Shown piece after piece: positions 39,401 to 51,074 of a DNA stretch of 64,000 bases. Position numbers and translations under genes: made by a program. Location: NCBI RefSeq assembly GCF_963921235.1, contig NC_086100.1, positions 202,122,001 through 202,186,000 of the forward strand. Direction: 5' to 3'. The DNA is from Mobula hypostoma. Taxonomy: Eukaryota. Numbering within the stretch: the first letter of the stretch is position 1; each line of letters starts with the position of its first letter. The notes beneath the pieces are model-generated. The model did not search any database. It was given only the letters and a program-made list of their open reading frames with translations, and was not told where the DNA came from.

Positions 39401-40950
39401 CTATGGGCGGGTCCTCAGCAGCAGCAAGCTCACTTGTGAGCTGAACTGCTGAGTAAACATCCCCACCTGCAAGGTCATTACCGAGTAAGACATCAACATT
39501 GTCTATCGGTAGTTCAGATCGTACCCCTATTGTGACTGGTCTGGATACCAAGTCACATTTCAAAACTATCTTGTGCAAAGGCACGGCCTCAGTCCCCTTT
39601 CTAATAACTTTGATAATATTTACTTCCCCAGTCTCCGTCTCAGCATCAAATTCCAAAACATGCTTTAATATCAGTGACTGAAAAGCTCCAGTATCTCTCC
39701 AGATTCTCACTGGAACTGGGGTTGACCCCTCCTTCACAGACACAATCCCATTTGAAATAAATCTCTTGAGCCCCTCTTGAACTCGGTCAGATCCCGCTTC
39801 TTCAGCGGTGTTTTAACCGTCTGAACGCAGGCATTTGAGGGTTTCTCTTTCTCTTTTCCTCTTTCCCTTTTCATAGCAAAACAATTGGATGCCACATGAC
39901 CAGGTTTCCCACAAATGTAACACTTGAAACTGGCAATTTTTCCCCCCCGACTGTTTCCCTTCCTCCTTACATTTGTCACTAGTCCCCGGTTTACTCTCTG
40001 GTTTAGCCAGTGGGTTATCTCTATTACGCTTTTGGTAACTCCTAGTGGGGGAAAAACCTAACTTAATGAGTTAAGGCTTACACGTCTGCTCATCTAGCAG
40101 ACTCTGACAATGTCGCTGCCTCTTTCTCATCTAAATATGTCCTTATACCATCAGGAGCGCAACCTTTAAACTGTTCAATCAACATCAACTCCTTTGGTTG
40201 TCAATATCTTCACATGCGCCTTTCAAGGCACACCAGCGATCAAAGTATATCTGCATCTCACAGGCAAACTCTAAATACGTGCTGTCCCAAGGCTTCCTCA
40301 AATTTCGGAACCTTTGTCGGTAGGCCTCCGGGACCAACTCGTAAACTTTAAGTACAGCACTTTCACTGTATCATAATCATTTGCGTCGACAACAGACAAT
40401 GCAGAATACGCTCGTTGAGCCTTCCCCTTAACCAAACTCTGTAACAGGACATCCCACTGATCTCTCAGCCACTGCAGATTTATGGCCACTTTTTCAAAAT
40501 GTAGGAAATACCTATCGACTTCTGTTTCCTCAAATGGAGGTACCAACTTAATTTCTTGGCTAACACTAAATGGTACAACTGGCTCCCTGCTCTGGCTTGG
40601 CACTGGAACCCCTTGCCGTGCCATCTCCCTTTCAAACTCTCTCTGTTTTCCTGCCTCAGCGACCTCGAGACGTTTCATTTGCAACTCATGCTCCATCCTT
40701 ACTTTTGCCACCTGAAGCTGAAACTCAGCCTCAGTAGGTTTACCTTCAGCTAACATTGTCAACACATCCTCAGTAAATTGCTTTGTCAAAACATAATATT
40801 CAACTACTTTTCTTTGAATTTCTACCTTAGTCAAACCCTTCTTTACCGTCGTAAGCTGTAATTCCTTAACAATGCCTCGCAACTCATACTTTCTAGCTTT
40901 CATCAAGGACACGGGGTTTGGCAATTCTAGAAATTCCACAACATCCATTT
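36480..40950 (-). pseudogene. Disrupted gag-pol: capsid/SCAN-like, CCHC knuckle, aspartic protease, integrase, RT, RNase H
   Basis: VPPFEETEVDRYFLHFEKVA; LIEQFK; CYICGKPGHVASNC; RDTGA; YWPNL..CHTCQ, VDCVGP, SDQ, YHPESQGALERF; KIDLLKGYW, AYIDDL (about 37261-37281); PVAYFSKKF..YSTVEK. Confidence 0.9.
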
Positions 40951-41030
40951 CTGCTGTTTTTCCACACAACCAAATCAAAAGGCATTTTCCCCAATCAAGT
41001 CAAACAGGCCCCCCCAACCAATTTGTTCAT

Positions 41031-41049
41031 ATTTCGGACGCAGGCCCCA
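41031..41049 (-). other. Primer-binding site, tRNA-Pro-like (degenerate)
   Basis: TGGGGCCTGCGTCCGAAAT versus canonical TGGGGGCTCGTCCGGGAT, 4 nt after the 5' LTR. Confidence 0.7.
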
Positions 41050-41053
41050 ATTT

Positions 41054-41862
41054 TGTCATGTTCCCTGCGGCGGGTTAAAGAACCAGCAGAAATGGAAAAC
41101 ACTCTGGAGTCCAGTATTGCTACTAACTAATGATATTTATTAGTAACTACGCAATACAGTAATATAAATGCAGATAGATCAAACAGGTTAGCAATGATTA
41201 TAAATAAGTAAGTGTGGAAATATATGAAAACTAAGCTTCTTCAAGTCTAGGCGTAAGTAGATAGTCTTACGATGATGAGTAAAGTTCAGTTCAGTTCGTG
41301 GTGTTGAGTTGAGTAGTGATGGAGAGAGAGAGAGGGAGAGATTTGAGTCTTCAGGTGAGCTGACGCCATCGATCTTCTTGTTGTCCTCCAAAATCCTTTA
41401 GAACTCACCGACTGTGACCACAGCAAAGGGGACCGTTCTTCTGTGGTGGAGCTATCAACCCAGGTGAGGATTGGACTCACAAATAACTCCCCACCGGTCA
41501 ACTTTCTCCACACCGCGAGAGCCACTGATCGATCGTCCAAAACCCACTTTTTCTGTGGGCACAACAAAGCTCATTCAGTGTCTAAAAACATGTGTCTCAG
41601 GTCTATCATCTGACCTTCTATTTATCTCACCGTACTGAGTACCAACTGTCTCTCAAACAGCTCCTCCCTTCTCTGTCTGTGTAAGAATGTACAAGCAGCC
41701 CATGTCCTTGGAGAAAGTATAAACAAACTGTGAGCAGTTTTCATCTCTGTCTCTCTTTTAAACAAGGTGTTTGTGTTAAATAACTCTCTCTCTCTTTTCA
41801 AAAGCACAGTTCATAGGGGTAAACGAGCACAGTTTATAGGGGTAATTCAGGACCCCGTCACA
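41054..41862 (-). repeat. 5' LTR (809 bp)
   Basis: TGTCATG...CGTCACA; direct repeat of 35561-36367. Confidence 0.93.
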
Positions 41863-43344
41863 CTACACTATTTAAGAAGGGTGGGAGGCAGCACCCATTA
41901 GCCTGATATCAGTGGTTGGAAAGTTGTTGGAATTGATAGTTAGGGATGAGATTACGGAGTACCTGGAGGCACATGACAAGATAGGCCAAAACCAGCATGG
42001 TTTCCTGAAAGGAAAATCCTGCCTGACTAACCTACTGCAATTTTTTGAGGAAATTACAAGCAGGGTAGACAAAGGAGATGCAGCAGATGTGCTGCACTTG
42101 GTTTTTCAGAAGGCCTTTGACAAGGTGCCACACACGAGGCTGCTTAGCAAGATAAGAGCCCATGGAATTACAGGGAAGTTACTAGCATGAGTAGAGCATT
42201 GGTTGATCTGCAGCAAGCAGAGAGTGGGAATAAAGGGATCCTATTCTGGCTGGCTGAAGGTTACCAATGGAGTTTCACAGTGGTCGGTGTTGGAACCGCT
42301 GCTTTTTACGATGTATGTCAATGATTTGGACTATGAGATTAATGGTTTTGTGGCTAAATTTGCCGATACAGAGATAGGTGGAAGACCGGGTAATGTTGAG
42401 GAAACAGAGAGACTTAGATAGTTTAGGGAAATGGGCAAAAAAGTGACAAATGAAATACAATGTTGGAAAGTGTATGGTCATGCACTTTGGTGGAAGAAAT
42501 AAACGGGCAGACTATTATTTAGATGGAGAGAGAATTCAAAATGCAGAGATGCAAACGAGTGTCCTTGTGTAGGATACCCTATTGGTTAACCTCCAGGTTG
42601 AGTCAGTGGTGAAGAAGGTGAATGCAATGTTGGCATTCATTTCTAGAGGTATAGAATATAAGAGCAGCGATGTGATGTTGAGGCTCTATGAGGCACTTGC
42701 GAGACCACACTTGGAGTGTTGTGTACAGTTTTGGGCTCCTTATTTTAGAAAGGATATACTGACATTGGAGAGGGTTCAGAGAAGGTTCACAAGAATGATT
42801 CCAGAAATGAAAGGGTTACCGTATGAGAAACATCTGGCAGCTCTTGGGCTGTATTCCCTGCAGTTCAAGAGAATGAGGGGGAATTCATAGAAACATTCCG
42901 TTCGTTAAAAGGCCTGAACAGATATGACAAAAGTTATTTCCCATGGTAGGGAAGTCTAGGACAAGAGGGCACGACTTCAGGATTGAAGGACATCCATTTA
43001 GAACAGAGATGCAGAGAAATTACTTTAGTCAGAGGGTGGTAAATCTGTGGAATTTGCTGCCAGGAGCGGCTGTGGAGGCCAAGTCATTGGGTGCACTTAA
43101 GGCAGAGATAGATAGGTTCTTGATTAGCCAGGGCATAAAAGGGTATGGGGAGAAGGCAGGGGAGTGGGGATGACTGGAAAAATTGGATGAGCCATGATTG
43201 AATGTCAGAACAGACTCAATGGGCCGAATGGCCTACTTCTGCTCCTATATCTTATGGTATTAATAGGTATCCGACTGCTGGAAAATGTTGCTGGAGAGGT
43301 AGTAATGGGGGAAGGGGGAACAAAGAATGACAGAGGAACTGAAT

Positions 43345-45650
43345 AAGTGAAGGCACGGATGTTGTCTACCTGGACTCTTGCAAGGCATTTGACAAGGTCC
43401 CACAGGGAGGCTGGTCAGGAAGTTTCTGTTGCCCAGCATTTAGGTTGAGGTACTAAACTGGCTTGGGTATTGACTTTGTGGGAGAAGCCAGAGCTTGGTA
43501 GTGGATGGTTGCCTCTCTGACTTGAGACCTGTAACTAGTGGTGTATCACAGGGATTGGCGCTGGGTCCTTTGTTGTTTGTTATCTATATCAATGATTTGG
43601 ATGATAATGTGGTTAAGTGGATCTGCAAATTTGCGGATGCCATCAAGATTGGGGAGTGGGGAAGGCTCTAATGGCTTGCAGAGGGATCTGTATCAGCTGG
43701 AAAAATGGGCTGAAAAATTCCAGATGGGATTTAATGCAGACAAGTGAGAGGCTTTGCACTTCGGCTGGACCAACCAGGGGAGGTCTCACAGAGTGAACAG
43801 CAGGGCACTGAGGAGTGTGGTAGAACAAAGGGATCTGGGAATACAGGTCCATGATTTATTGAAAGTGGCATCACAGTTCGATAAGGTCATAAAGAAAACT
43901 TGTGGCACATTGGCTTTCATAAATCAATGTATTGAGTACAGAAAATGGGATGTTATGTTGAAGTTGTACAAGATGTTGGTGAGGCCTATTGTGTGCAGTT
44001 TTGGTCACCTACCTGCAGGAAATACGTAAACAAGGTTGAAAGAGTGCAGAGAAAATTTACAACGACTTTGCTAGGTCTGGAGGACCTGTGTACAAGGAAA
44101 AAGTGAATAGGTTAGGACTGTATTCTTTAGAACTGTCACAATGGGGGGGGGGGGGTGGAAACAGACCCAGATGCAAGACACAGACACTGAAGTACTAAGA
44201 ACAGGACAAGGATGCAGGACCTAGGCTAGGACATGGACAAGAAATAGGGAAACTGGACAAGGAACTATGAACTAGGAGCCTGGGCTTGGACCCCGAGCCA
44301 GAGACTGGACAAGGACCCAGAACTGGAGTCTTGCCTCGGGCTCGGGCCCCAGAACCAGGCTAAGACATGACATGACTGCAGGACTGGAGGCTGGGGTCTA
44401 GAGGCTTGAGGCTTGGAGACAGGCTTGGGTCTAGGGTACTATGAGGCTTGGGTATGGACACCGAGCCAGAGACTCACAAGGACCCAGAACCTGGGACTTG
44501 ACTCGGGCTCGGACTCCAGAACCAGGCTCAGACAAGATGAGGCTACAGGACTGGACACGGCTTGGGCGAGGAACTCCTGAGTAGGGCGAGACACAAGGAC
44601 AGGTAAAGGCACATGGACAGGACTTGGATAGAACTAGACTAGGCACAGACTGGATGAGGGCCTTCAGGAGCACGGAGCCTTGGACTAGAAGAGATGGGAG
44701 TATGGAACACAGAGCCGGGACCCCTCCTTGGGAACAGGACGTAGGACCAGGACTCATACACATAACACAGAGCCCGGACCGCTCCTTGGGAACAGGACGT
44801 AGGGCCGGGACTCGTACACAGAACACTGAGCATGAGACGGATCCCAACACAAGGTGGCAGCAAACGGCCGGATCCACCTAGTGAAGGCGTAGACACAGAG
44901 ACGGATCCCAACACTAGGTAGTGGCAAATGGCCAGACCCACCTAGCGAAGGCATAGACACAGAGAGACAATTCCACACAATGAAAGACAGTTCCTTATCT
45001 TGACCTAACAAGGCTCCGGTCTTGCTCCAGCAGTAAAGATTCAGCGATACAGGCAGGGTATCCAGGCTAGGTGAGCAGGCAGAGTGTCAGGCGAGGGGGG
45101 AAAAGACAGGGAGGAGAACAGGACAGTCCAGCCGGGAATTCCTGGTTTGTGGAGATATTTATGTCTCAGCCCCAAAACGAGAATCATGTGCCCACAACAG
45201 AAACTGGGGAAAACCAGAAACCCCGGAATAAGGAACTATGGACTGGACCGTGAACCGGAATACGGACTTCACGGACCGGACCGTGACAAGAACGTAGAAG
45301 ATTGAGAAGAGATTTGATAGAGGCATATAAAATTGTGAGGGTAAATGCAAACAAGATTTTCCCCATGAGGATGGGTGAGATTACAACCATATGTCGTGGG
45401 TTAAGGGTGAAAGGTGAGAAATTTAAGGGGAACATGAGGGGAAATTTCTTCACTCAGAGGGTTGTGTGGAATAAACTGCTAGCACAAGTGATGCATGCGA
45501 TATTCATTTCAATGTTTAAGAGAAGTTTGGATAGGTACATGGATGGCAGAGGTTTGGAGGGCTATGGTCTTGTTGCAGGTTGATGGGAATAGGTAGTTTA
45601 AATGCTTTCAACAAGACTTGTTTCTGTGCTGCATGTCTCTATGACTCTAA
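43345..45650 (+). mobile_element. Degenerate CR1 split by a solo LTR
   Basis: GLYSLE before 44133 resumes as RRRLRRDLIEAYKI after 45293. Confidence 0.85.
44134..45288. mobile_element. Solo LTR (1155 bp) with a 5-bp TSD AGAAC
   Basis: Termini TGTCAC...GTGACA; AGAAC at 44129-44133 and 45289-45293; no credible ORF. Confidence 0.85.
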
Positions 45651-46430
45651 GTATTTTGTGTCAGTCTTCACAGTGGAAGACACTAGCAGAATGCTAGAAA
45701 TTCAACAGTGTCGGGGGGCAGAAGTGAGTGTTGTTGGTATTAGTCAGGAGAAGGTGCTAGGGAAATTGAAATGTCTGAAGGTAGATAAAGTCACTTGGAC
45801 AATATGGACTACACTGCAGGGTTCTGAAAGAGGCAGTTAAAGATATTTTGGCGGCATTAATAATGATCTTTCAAGAATCACCAGATTCTGGAATGGTTCC
45901 TAAGAACTGGGCAATTGCAAATGACACTCCACTCATTATGAAGGGAGAGAAGCAGAAAAAAAAAAAGAGGATTATAGGCCAGTTAGTCTGACCTCTGTGG
46001 TGGAGAAGATGTTGAGGTCCACTATTAAGGATGGGGTTTCAGGGTACTTGGAGGCACATGATAAAATAGGCCAAAATCAGCATAGTTTCCTCAACAGACA
46101 ACCTTGCCTGAAAATTCTGTTGGAATTCTTTGAAGAAATAACAAGCAGGATAGACAAAGGAGAGTCAGTAAATGTTGTTTAATTGGATTATCGCAAGGCC
46201 TTTGGCAAGGTGCTGCACATGAGACTGCTGAACAAGATGGTATTACAAGAAAGGTACTAGTATGGATAGAAGATTTGGTGACTACCAGGAGGCATAGAAT
46301 GGGAATAAAGCGGTGGGGGCTTTGCTGTTTTGCTATGGAATTCATTGCCACATACAACTATAGAGGCCAAGCCATTGGGTATATTTAAAGCAGATGTTAA
46401 TAGCTTCTTGATTAATCAGGATGTCAAAGG
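45651..46430 (+). mobile_element. CR1 ORF2 fragments
   Basis: YFVSVFTVED, YRPVSLTS, LLEFFEEITS. Confidence 0.8.
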
Positions 46431-47264
46431 GGCGCAGGCAGAGGAGATTCAATCTGATGCTCATACAACTTGCCTGGTGCAAGGTTGGATCACTCTGGGT
46501 GGCAAGCTGATTTGAAGAGCTTGAGCGAGTTTCAGGCTGGGCAACGGAATGAGTCATTGAGCATCATGGTCTCAGCCCAGGGCCCTTCGTAGCAGCGGTG
46601 CCTGGGTCCCAGGGCAAGGTATAATGTGTTTACACAATTTAAATGCTGGCCCGGATCAGCGGCGCGAGCTGGTTTCACAATCTTCACACCTCTCTCCAGA
46701 GCATGGAGCCCTTTGCTGGTCTGCTGTTTGGTCAATTTAAATGCCTACCCACATGGACTGAAACAACAGGGTATCATTTGGAACAAGAGCTGATTTTGCT
46801 CGTTCTCAGGGATGGTCATCTCCATGGCACTAAGGCTACAAAGACTGCCCCAGCTGCTGTGCTCCGGGCCTGCTAATAGATGAACTAATAAGCAAGGCTT
46901 TGGGCCTACTCTGGGCAGCAGATCTGGGGACTCAGTTGTGGTCCAGAATGCTGTTGTTCACTTCTCTTGTTAACATGACGTACGTTTTTCTTTCTTTTTC
47001 GCATAAGTGTTGGTCTTTTATTTTTACTTTTATTCTTTTTTTCTTTAATTGAGCTCTTTTAGGTTTCTTGCTTTGTGGCCACCTGTGAGAAAGCAAATCT
47101 TAAGGTTGTATAATTCATGCATTCTTTGGTAATAAATGCAATTGTATCTTGAAAGATTACAGGGAGAAGGCAGGAAAATAGGGTTGAGAGGGATAATAAA
47201 TCAATCATGATGGAAAGGCAGAGCAGACTCGATGCCTTTATAGGGCCTCTGCCCCCTTCCCGCT

Positions 47265-47304
47265 TCAGTCCTGATGAAGGGTTCCAGCCCGAAACATTGA
47301 CTGA
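47265..47304 (+). ncRNA. Minimal type I hammerhead motif, copy 1
   Basis: TCAGTC CTGATGA aGGGT tcca GCCC GAAA C ATT GACTGA. Confidence 0.6.
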
Positions 47305-47586
47305 TCGTTTCCACAGATGCTGCCCGACCTGCTGAGTTCCTCCAGCGTGTTGTGAGGGTTGCTTTGACCCCACATCTGCAGATTATTGTGTTTTACGATT
47401 CGTTACTCCGCTGCGAAGTCTCTTCGAGGTATGCCTACCCTGAAGAAGTTTAAATCTTCCCTTCGACGGGAGTTCAGTGAGACCCTCTATCACTGCTCCC
47501 CCTCTGTGATCTCCACCTCTCCCACCAGCCTTCTCCTTCCCACCCTCCCTCCCACCTTCTTTATAGGGCCTCTGCCCCTTCTCACG

Positions 47587-47626
47587 TCAGTCCTGACGAA
47601 GGGTTCCGGCCCGAAACGTTGACTGA
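47587..47626 (+). ncRNA. Minimal type I hammerhead motif, copy 2
   Basis: TCAGTC CTGACGA aGGGT tccg GCCC GAAA C GTT GACTGA; palindromic AACGTT stem III; 6-bp stem I. Confidence 0.7.
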
Positions 47627-48684
47627 TCGTTTCCACGGATGCTGCCCGACCTGCTGAGTTCCTCCAGCGTGTTGTGAGTGTTGCTTTGAACCCAGCATCT
47701 GCAGAGTATTTTGTGATTAAGACTCGATGGGTTGCTTTTGCTGCTACGCCTTATGGTCTTATCCTAAACACAGCCCAGTCTATCATGGGACTCTTCATCT
47801 CCCAATCTATCTCATCACTGCTCTTGCACACTCTCTGTAATGTTATACACTGCACTTTGTAATATCACCATATGTGCCTCCTCAGCGAACTTACATAAGG
47901 AATGATCTGTCTGGACAGCACTAAAACAAGACTTTTCACTGTATCTCGGTGCATGGCATTGAACACAGGAGCTGGTAACTACATACACCTGCTCAGACCT
48001 CCTGGAGAAATGCATGCAGTTCCCGTCACCACACTGTCAGAAGGATCGGTACTGGTTTATTATTGTGTCATGTACAGTGAAAAGCTTGTCTTGCAGACTG
48101 TTCATACAGATCAGATTATTACACAGTGCACTGAGGTAGAACAGTAACAGAATGCAGAATGAAGTGTTACATAGAAAGCACACTGCAGGTAAACAACAAA
48201 CAGCAAGATCGTAACGAGGTAGATTGTGAGGCCAAGAGTCCATCTTATCATACAAGAGCTCCTTTCAAAAGTCTGATAACAGTGGGATAGAAGCTGTGCT
48301 TGAACCTGACAGCGCAAAGAAGGATGTAGAAGAGATTTACCAGAATGCTGTCTGGGATGGAATGGTTCAGTTAGGAGAAGTGGTCCCCGAGTGGAGCGTG
48401 TTGAGAGGGGACCTGACTGAGAAAACACGATGAGGAGGGGTACAGAGAGGACAGACCTCAGGAAACCTCTCTCAATATCAGGGGTGTACGAAACCGACGG
48501 ACAAGGGACAAGGACAATCTGAGGGGGACCTTCTTCACCCAGAGGCACGTGAGGGCCTACGACAAACTGCCGGAGAGAGCGATGGAAGCAGAGATGCCGA
48601 CGGTATCTGAGAGGTGCCCAGAGATGCCGATGGTGTGTGAGAGGTGCCCAGAGATGCTGGACACCATTCACCAGTTGCTGTGGG

Positions 48685-50220
48685 AACAGACACACTGACC
48701 AGCCGGTGAGGTTCACCGAGAGAACCAGCACACTGACCTGTTGGTGAGTCACTGTGGGGACAGACAGACTGACCGGTCAGTGTGGCCGCCGTGGGGAACG
48801 GACACACTGACCTGTCGGTGAGTGACACCGTGGGAACAGACAGACTGACCGGTCAGTGTGGTCGCCATGGGGACGGACACACTGACCTGTCGGTGAGTCA
48901 CTGTGGGGACGGACACACTGACTGGTCAGTGTGTCACTGTGGGGACGGACAGACTGACCGGTCAGTGTGGGAAAGTACACACTGACCAGTCAGTGAGTCA
49001 CTGTGGGGACAGACACACTGACTGGTCACTGTGGGAAAGTACACACTGACCGGTCAGTGAGTCGCTGTGGGGACGGACACACTGACTGGTCAGTGTGTCA
49101 CTGTGGGGACGGACACACTGACCGGTCACTGTGGGGACGGACACACTGACCGGTCACTGAGTCGCTGTGGGGACAGACACACTGACCGGTCGCTGTGGGG
49201 ATGGACACACTGACCGGTCACTGTGGGGACGGACATACTGACCGGTCACTGTGAGTCACTGTGGGGACGGACATACTGACCGGTCACTGTGAGTCACTGT
49301 GGGGACGGACACACTGACCAGTCACTGTGAGTCGATGTGGGGACGGACACACTGACCAGTCACTGTGGGAACGGACACACTGACCGGTCACTGAGTCGCT
49401 GTGGGGACAGACACACTGACCGGTCGCTGTGGGGATGGACACACTGACCGGTCGCTGTGGGGACGGACACACTGACCGGTCACTGTGAGTCAGTGTGGGG
49501 ACGGACACACTGACCGGTCGCTGTGGGAACGGACACACTGACCAGTCACTGAGTTACTGTGGGGACAGACACATTGGCCGGTCCCTGTGGGGATGGACAC
49601 ACTGACCGGGCACTGTGAGTCACTGTGGGGACGGACACACTGACCGGGCACTGTGAGTCACTGTGGGGACGGACACACTGACCGGTCACTGTGGGGACGG
49701 ACACACTGACCGGTCACTGTGAGTCAGTGTGGGGACGGACACACTGACCGGTCACTGTGAGTCAGTGTGGGGACGGACACACTGACCGGTCACTGTGGGG
49801 ACGGACACACTGACCGGGCACTGTGAGTCACTGTGGGGACGGACACACTGACCGGTCACTGTGAGTCAGTGTGGGGACGGACACAGTGACTGGTCACTGT
49901 GAGTCACTGGGACGGACACACTGACCGGTCACTGTGGGGATGGACACACTGACCGGTCACTGTGGGGACGGACACACTGACCGGTCACTGTGAGTCAGTG
50001 TGGGACGGACACACTGACCGGTCACTGTGAGTCAGTGTGGGGACGGACACACTGACCGGTCACTGTGGGGACGGACACATTGACCGGGCACTGTGAGTCA
50101 CTGTGGGGACGGACACACTGACCGGTCACTGTGAGTCAGTGTGGGGACGGACACAGTGACTGGTCACTGTGAGTCACTGGGACGGACACACTGACCGGTC
50201 ACTGTGGGGATGGACACACA
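48685..50220. repeat. Minisatellite, 28-bp unit GTCACTGTGGGGACGGACACACTGACCG, with variants lengthened by 8-10 bp
   Basis: Dozens of tandem copies seen directly. Confidence 0.95.
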
Positions 50221-51074
50221 TTAATAACACTGAGCACTTCATTCAGACATCAGTCGGATCACTGAAACACCTCGTCTCATTGAGGATGTTGCCCCTTCGT
50301 TTTCAGGAGTCCCCAGCAGTCAGACACTTCCAGAGGCTGCAGCACTGGTCTGGGAACCTGCAGCTTTTCCTCGTGGGAACAACCTATCTGCACTCATGTA
50401 GTGTCATGCAAACACAGAACAGAAGGGACTGTACCTCACGGTACCATTTATTGTGGTTCCAGTGGGCCGTCCAGACCCAGAACAGCCCTGTAGACACAAT
50501 GCTGGAGGAGCTCGGCAGGCCAGCAGTATTAATGAACGGGAATGAACAGTTGATCTTTCAGCCCAGTGCTGCCTGAGCTGCTGAGTTCCTCTAGCATTTT
50601 GTGTACACTGTTTTGCAGTTCCAGCGTCTGCAGAATCTCCTGTGTCACAGAACAGCCTTGTCCTCCCTGCGTAAACATGTTACCCTCTGGCAGTGCATCC
50701 AGGAAACATCCCATCCACCCTGACCGGTATGGATCTGTCTCTCACATTCAAACAGTGACAGTGCTTCAGTGAGATGAGACTATTTCACACTTAGCACTGC
50801 AGAGACCGAAGCTGGGTTAGGGTAGCTGTAGTCTTTGACGGGGTCAGAGGTGACCTAGCATCCATGGGGTCGGGGTCAGCAGGACGACCTGAACGTCTCT
50901 GGGGTTATGTGTGTGGTTAAGGGCTGAGAAATAGGAGAGGTAAGTAATTGGAGTTGCCCAGGATTAGTGGGGTGTGGGGGATGGGGCATCGGGGGCTGGA
51001 TGTGATGTTAGTGTCTGGGGTGACCGTGTGCCAACATGGAGCAATACTAATCCCTGTGTCCTGAGCATGGGCTC

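Larger units (their letters stand above)
35561..41862 (-). mobile_element. Full-length degenerate Gypsy LTR retrotransposon of the Gmr1 type
   Basis: Two TG...CA LTRs; imperfect 4-bp TSD ATAC/CTAC; PBS; PPT; gag-PR-IN-RT-RH. Confidence 0.93.
34470..43260 (+). mobile_element. CR1 LINE interrupted by the LTR retrotransposon at 35561-41862
   Basis: DDWKIANV at about 35556 resumes as LFKKGGRQ at 41868; APE 34472-34831; RT 41912-43173. Confidence 0.9.
47235..47719 (+). mobile_element. 485-bp non-autonomous Penelope-like element: two direct pLTR copies, each with a hammerhead motif; 10-bp TSD
   Basis: AGACTCGATG at 47225-47234 and 47720-47729, inside a CR1 3' UTR; about 47237-47395 repeats at about 47560-47717. 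Confidence 0.8.

Noticed and set aside
48685..50220. Many RSS heptamers (CACAGTG on the minus strand)
   Set aside because: No ACAAAAACC nonamer at 12 or 23 bp spacing, and no V, D or J segments nearby
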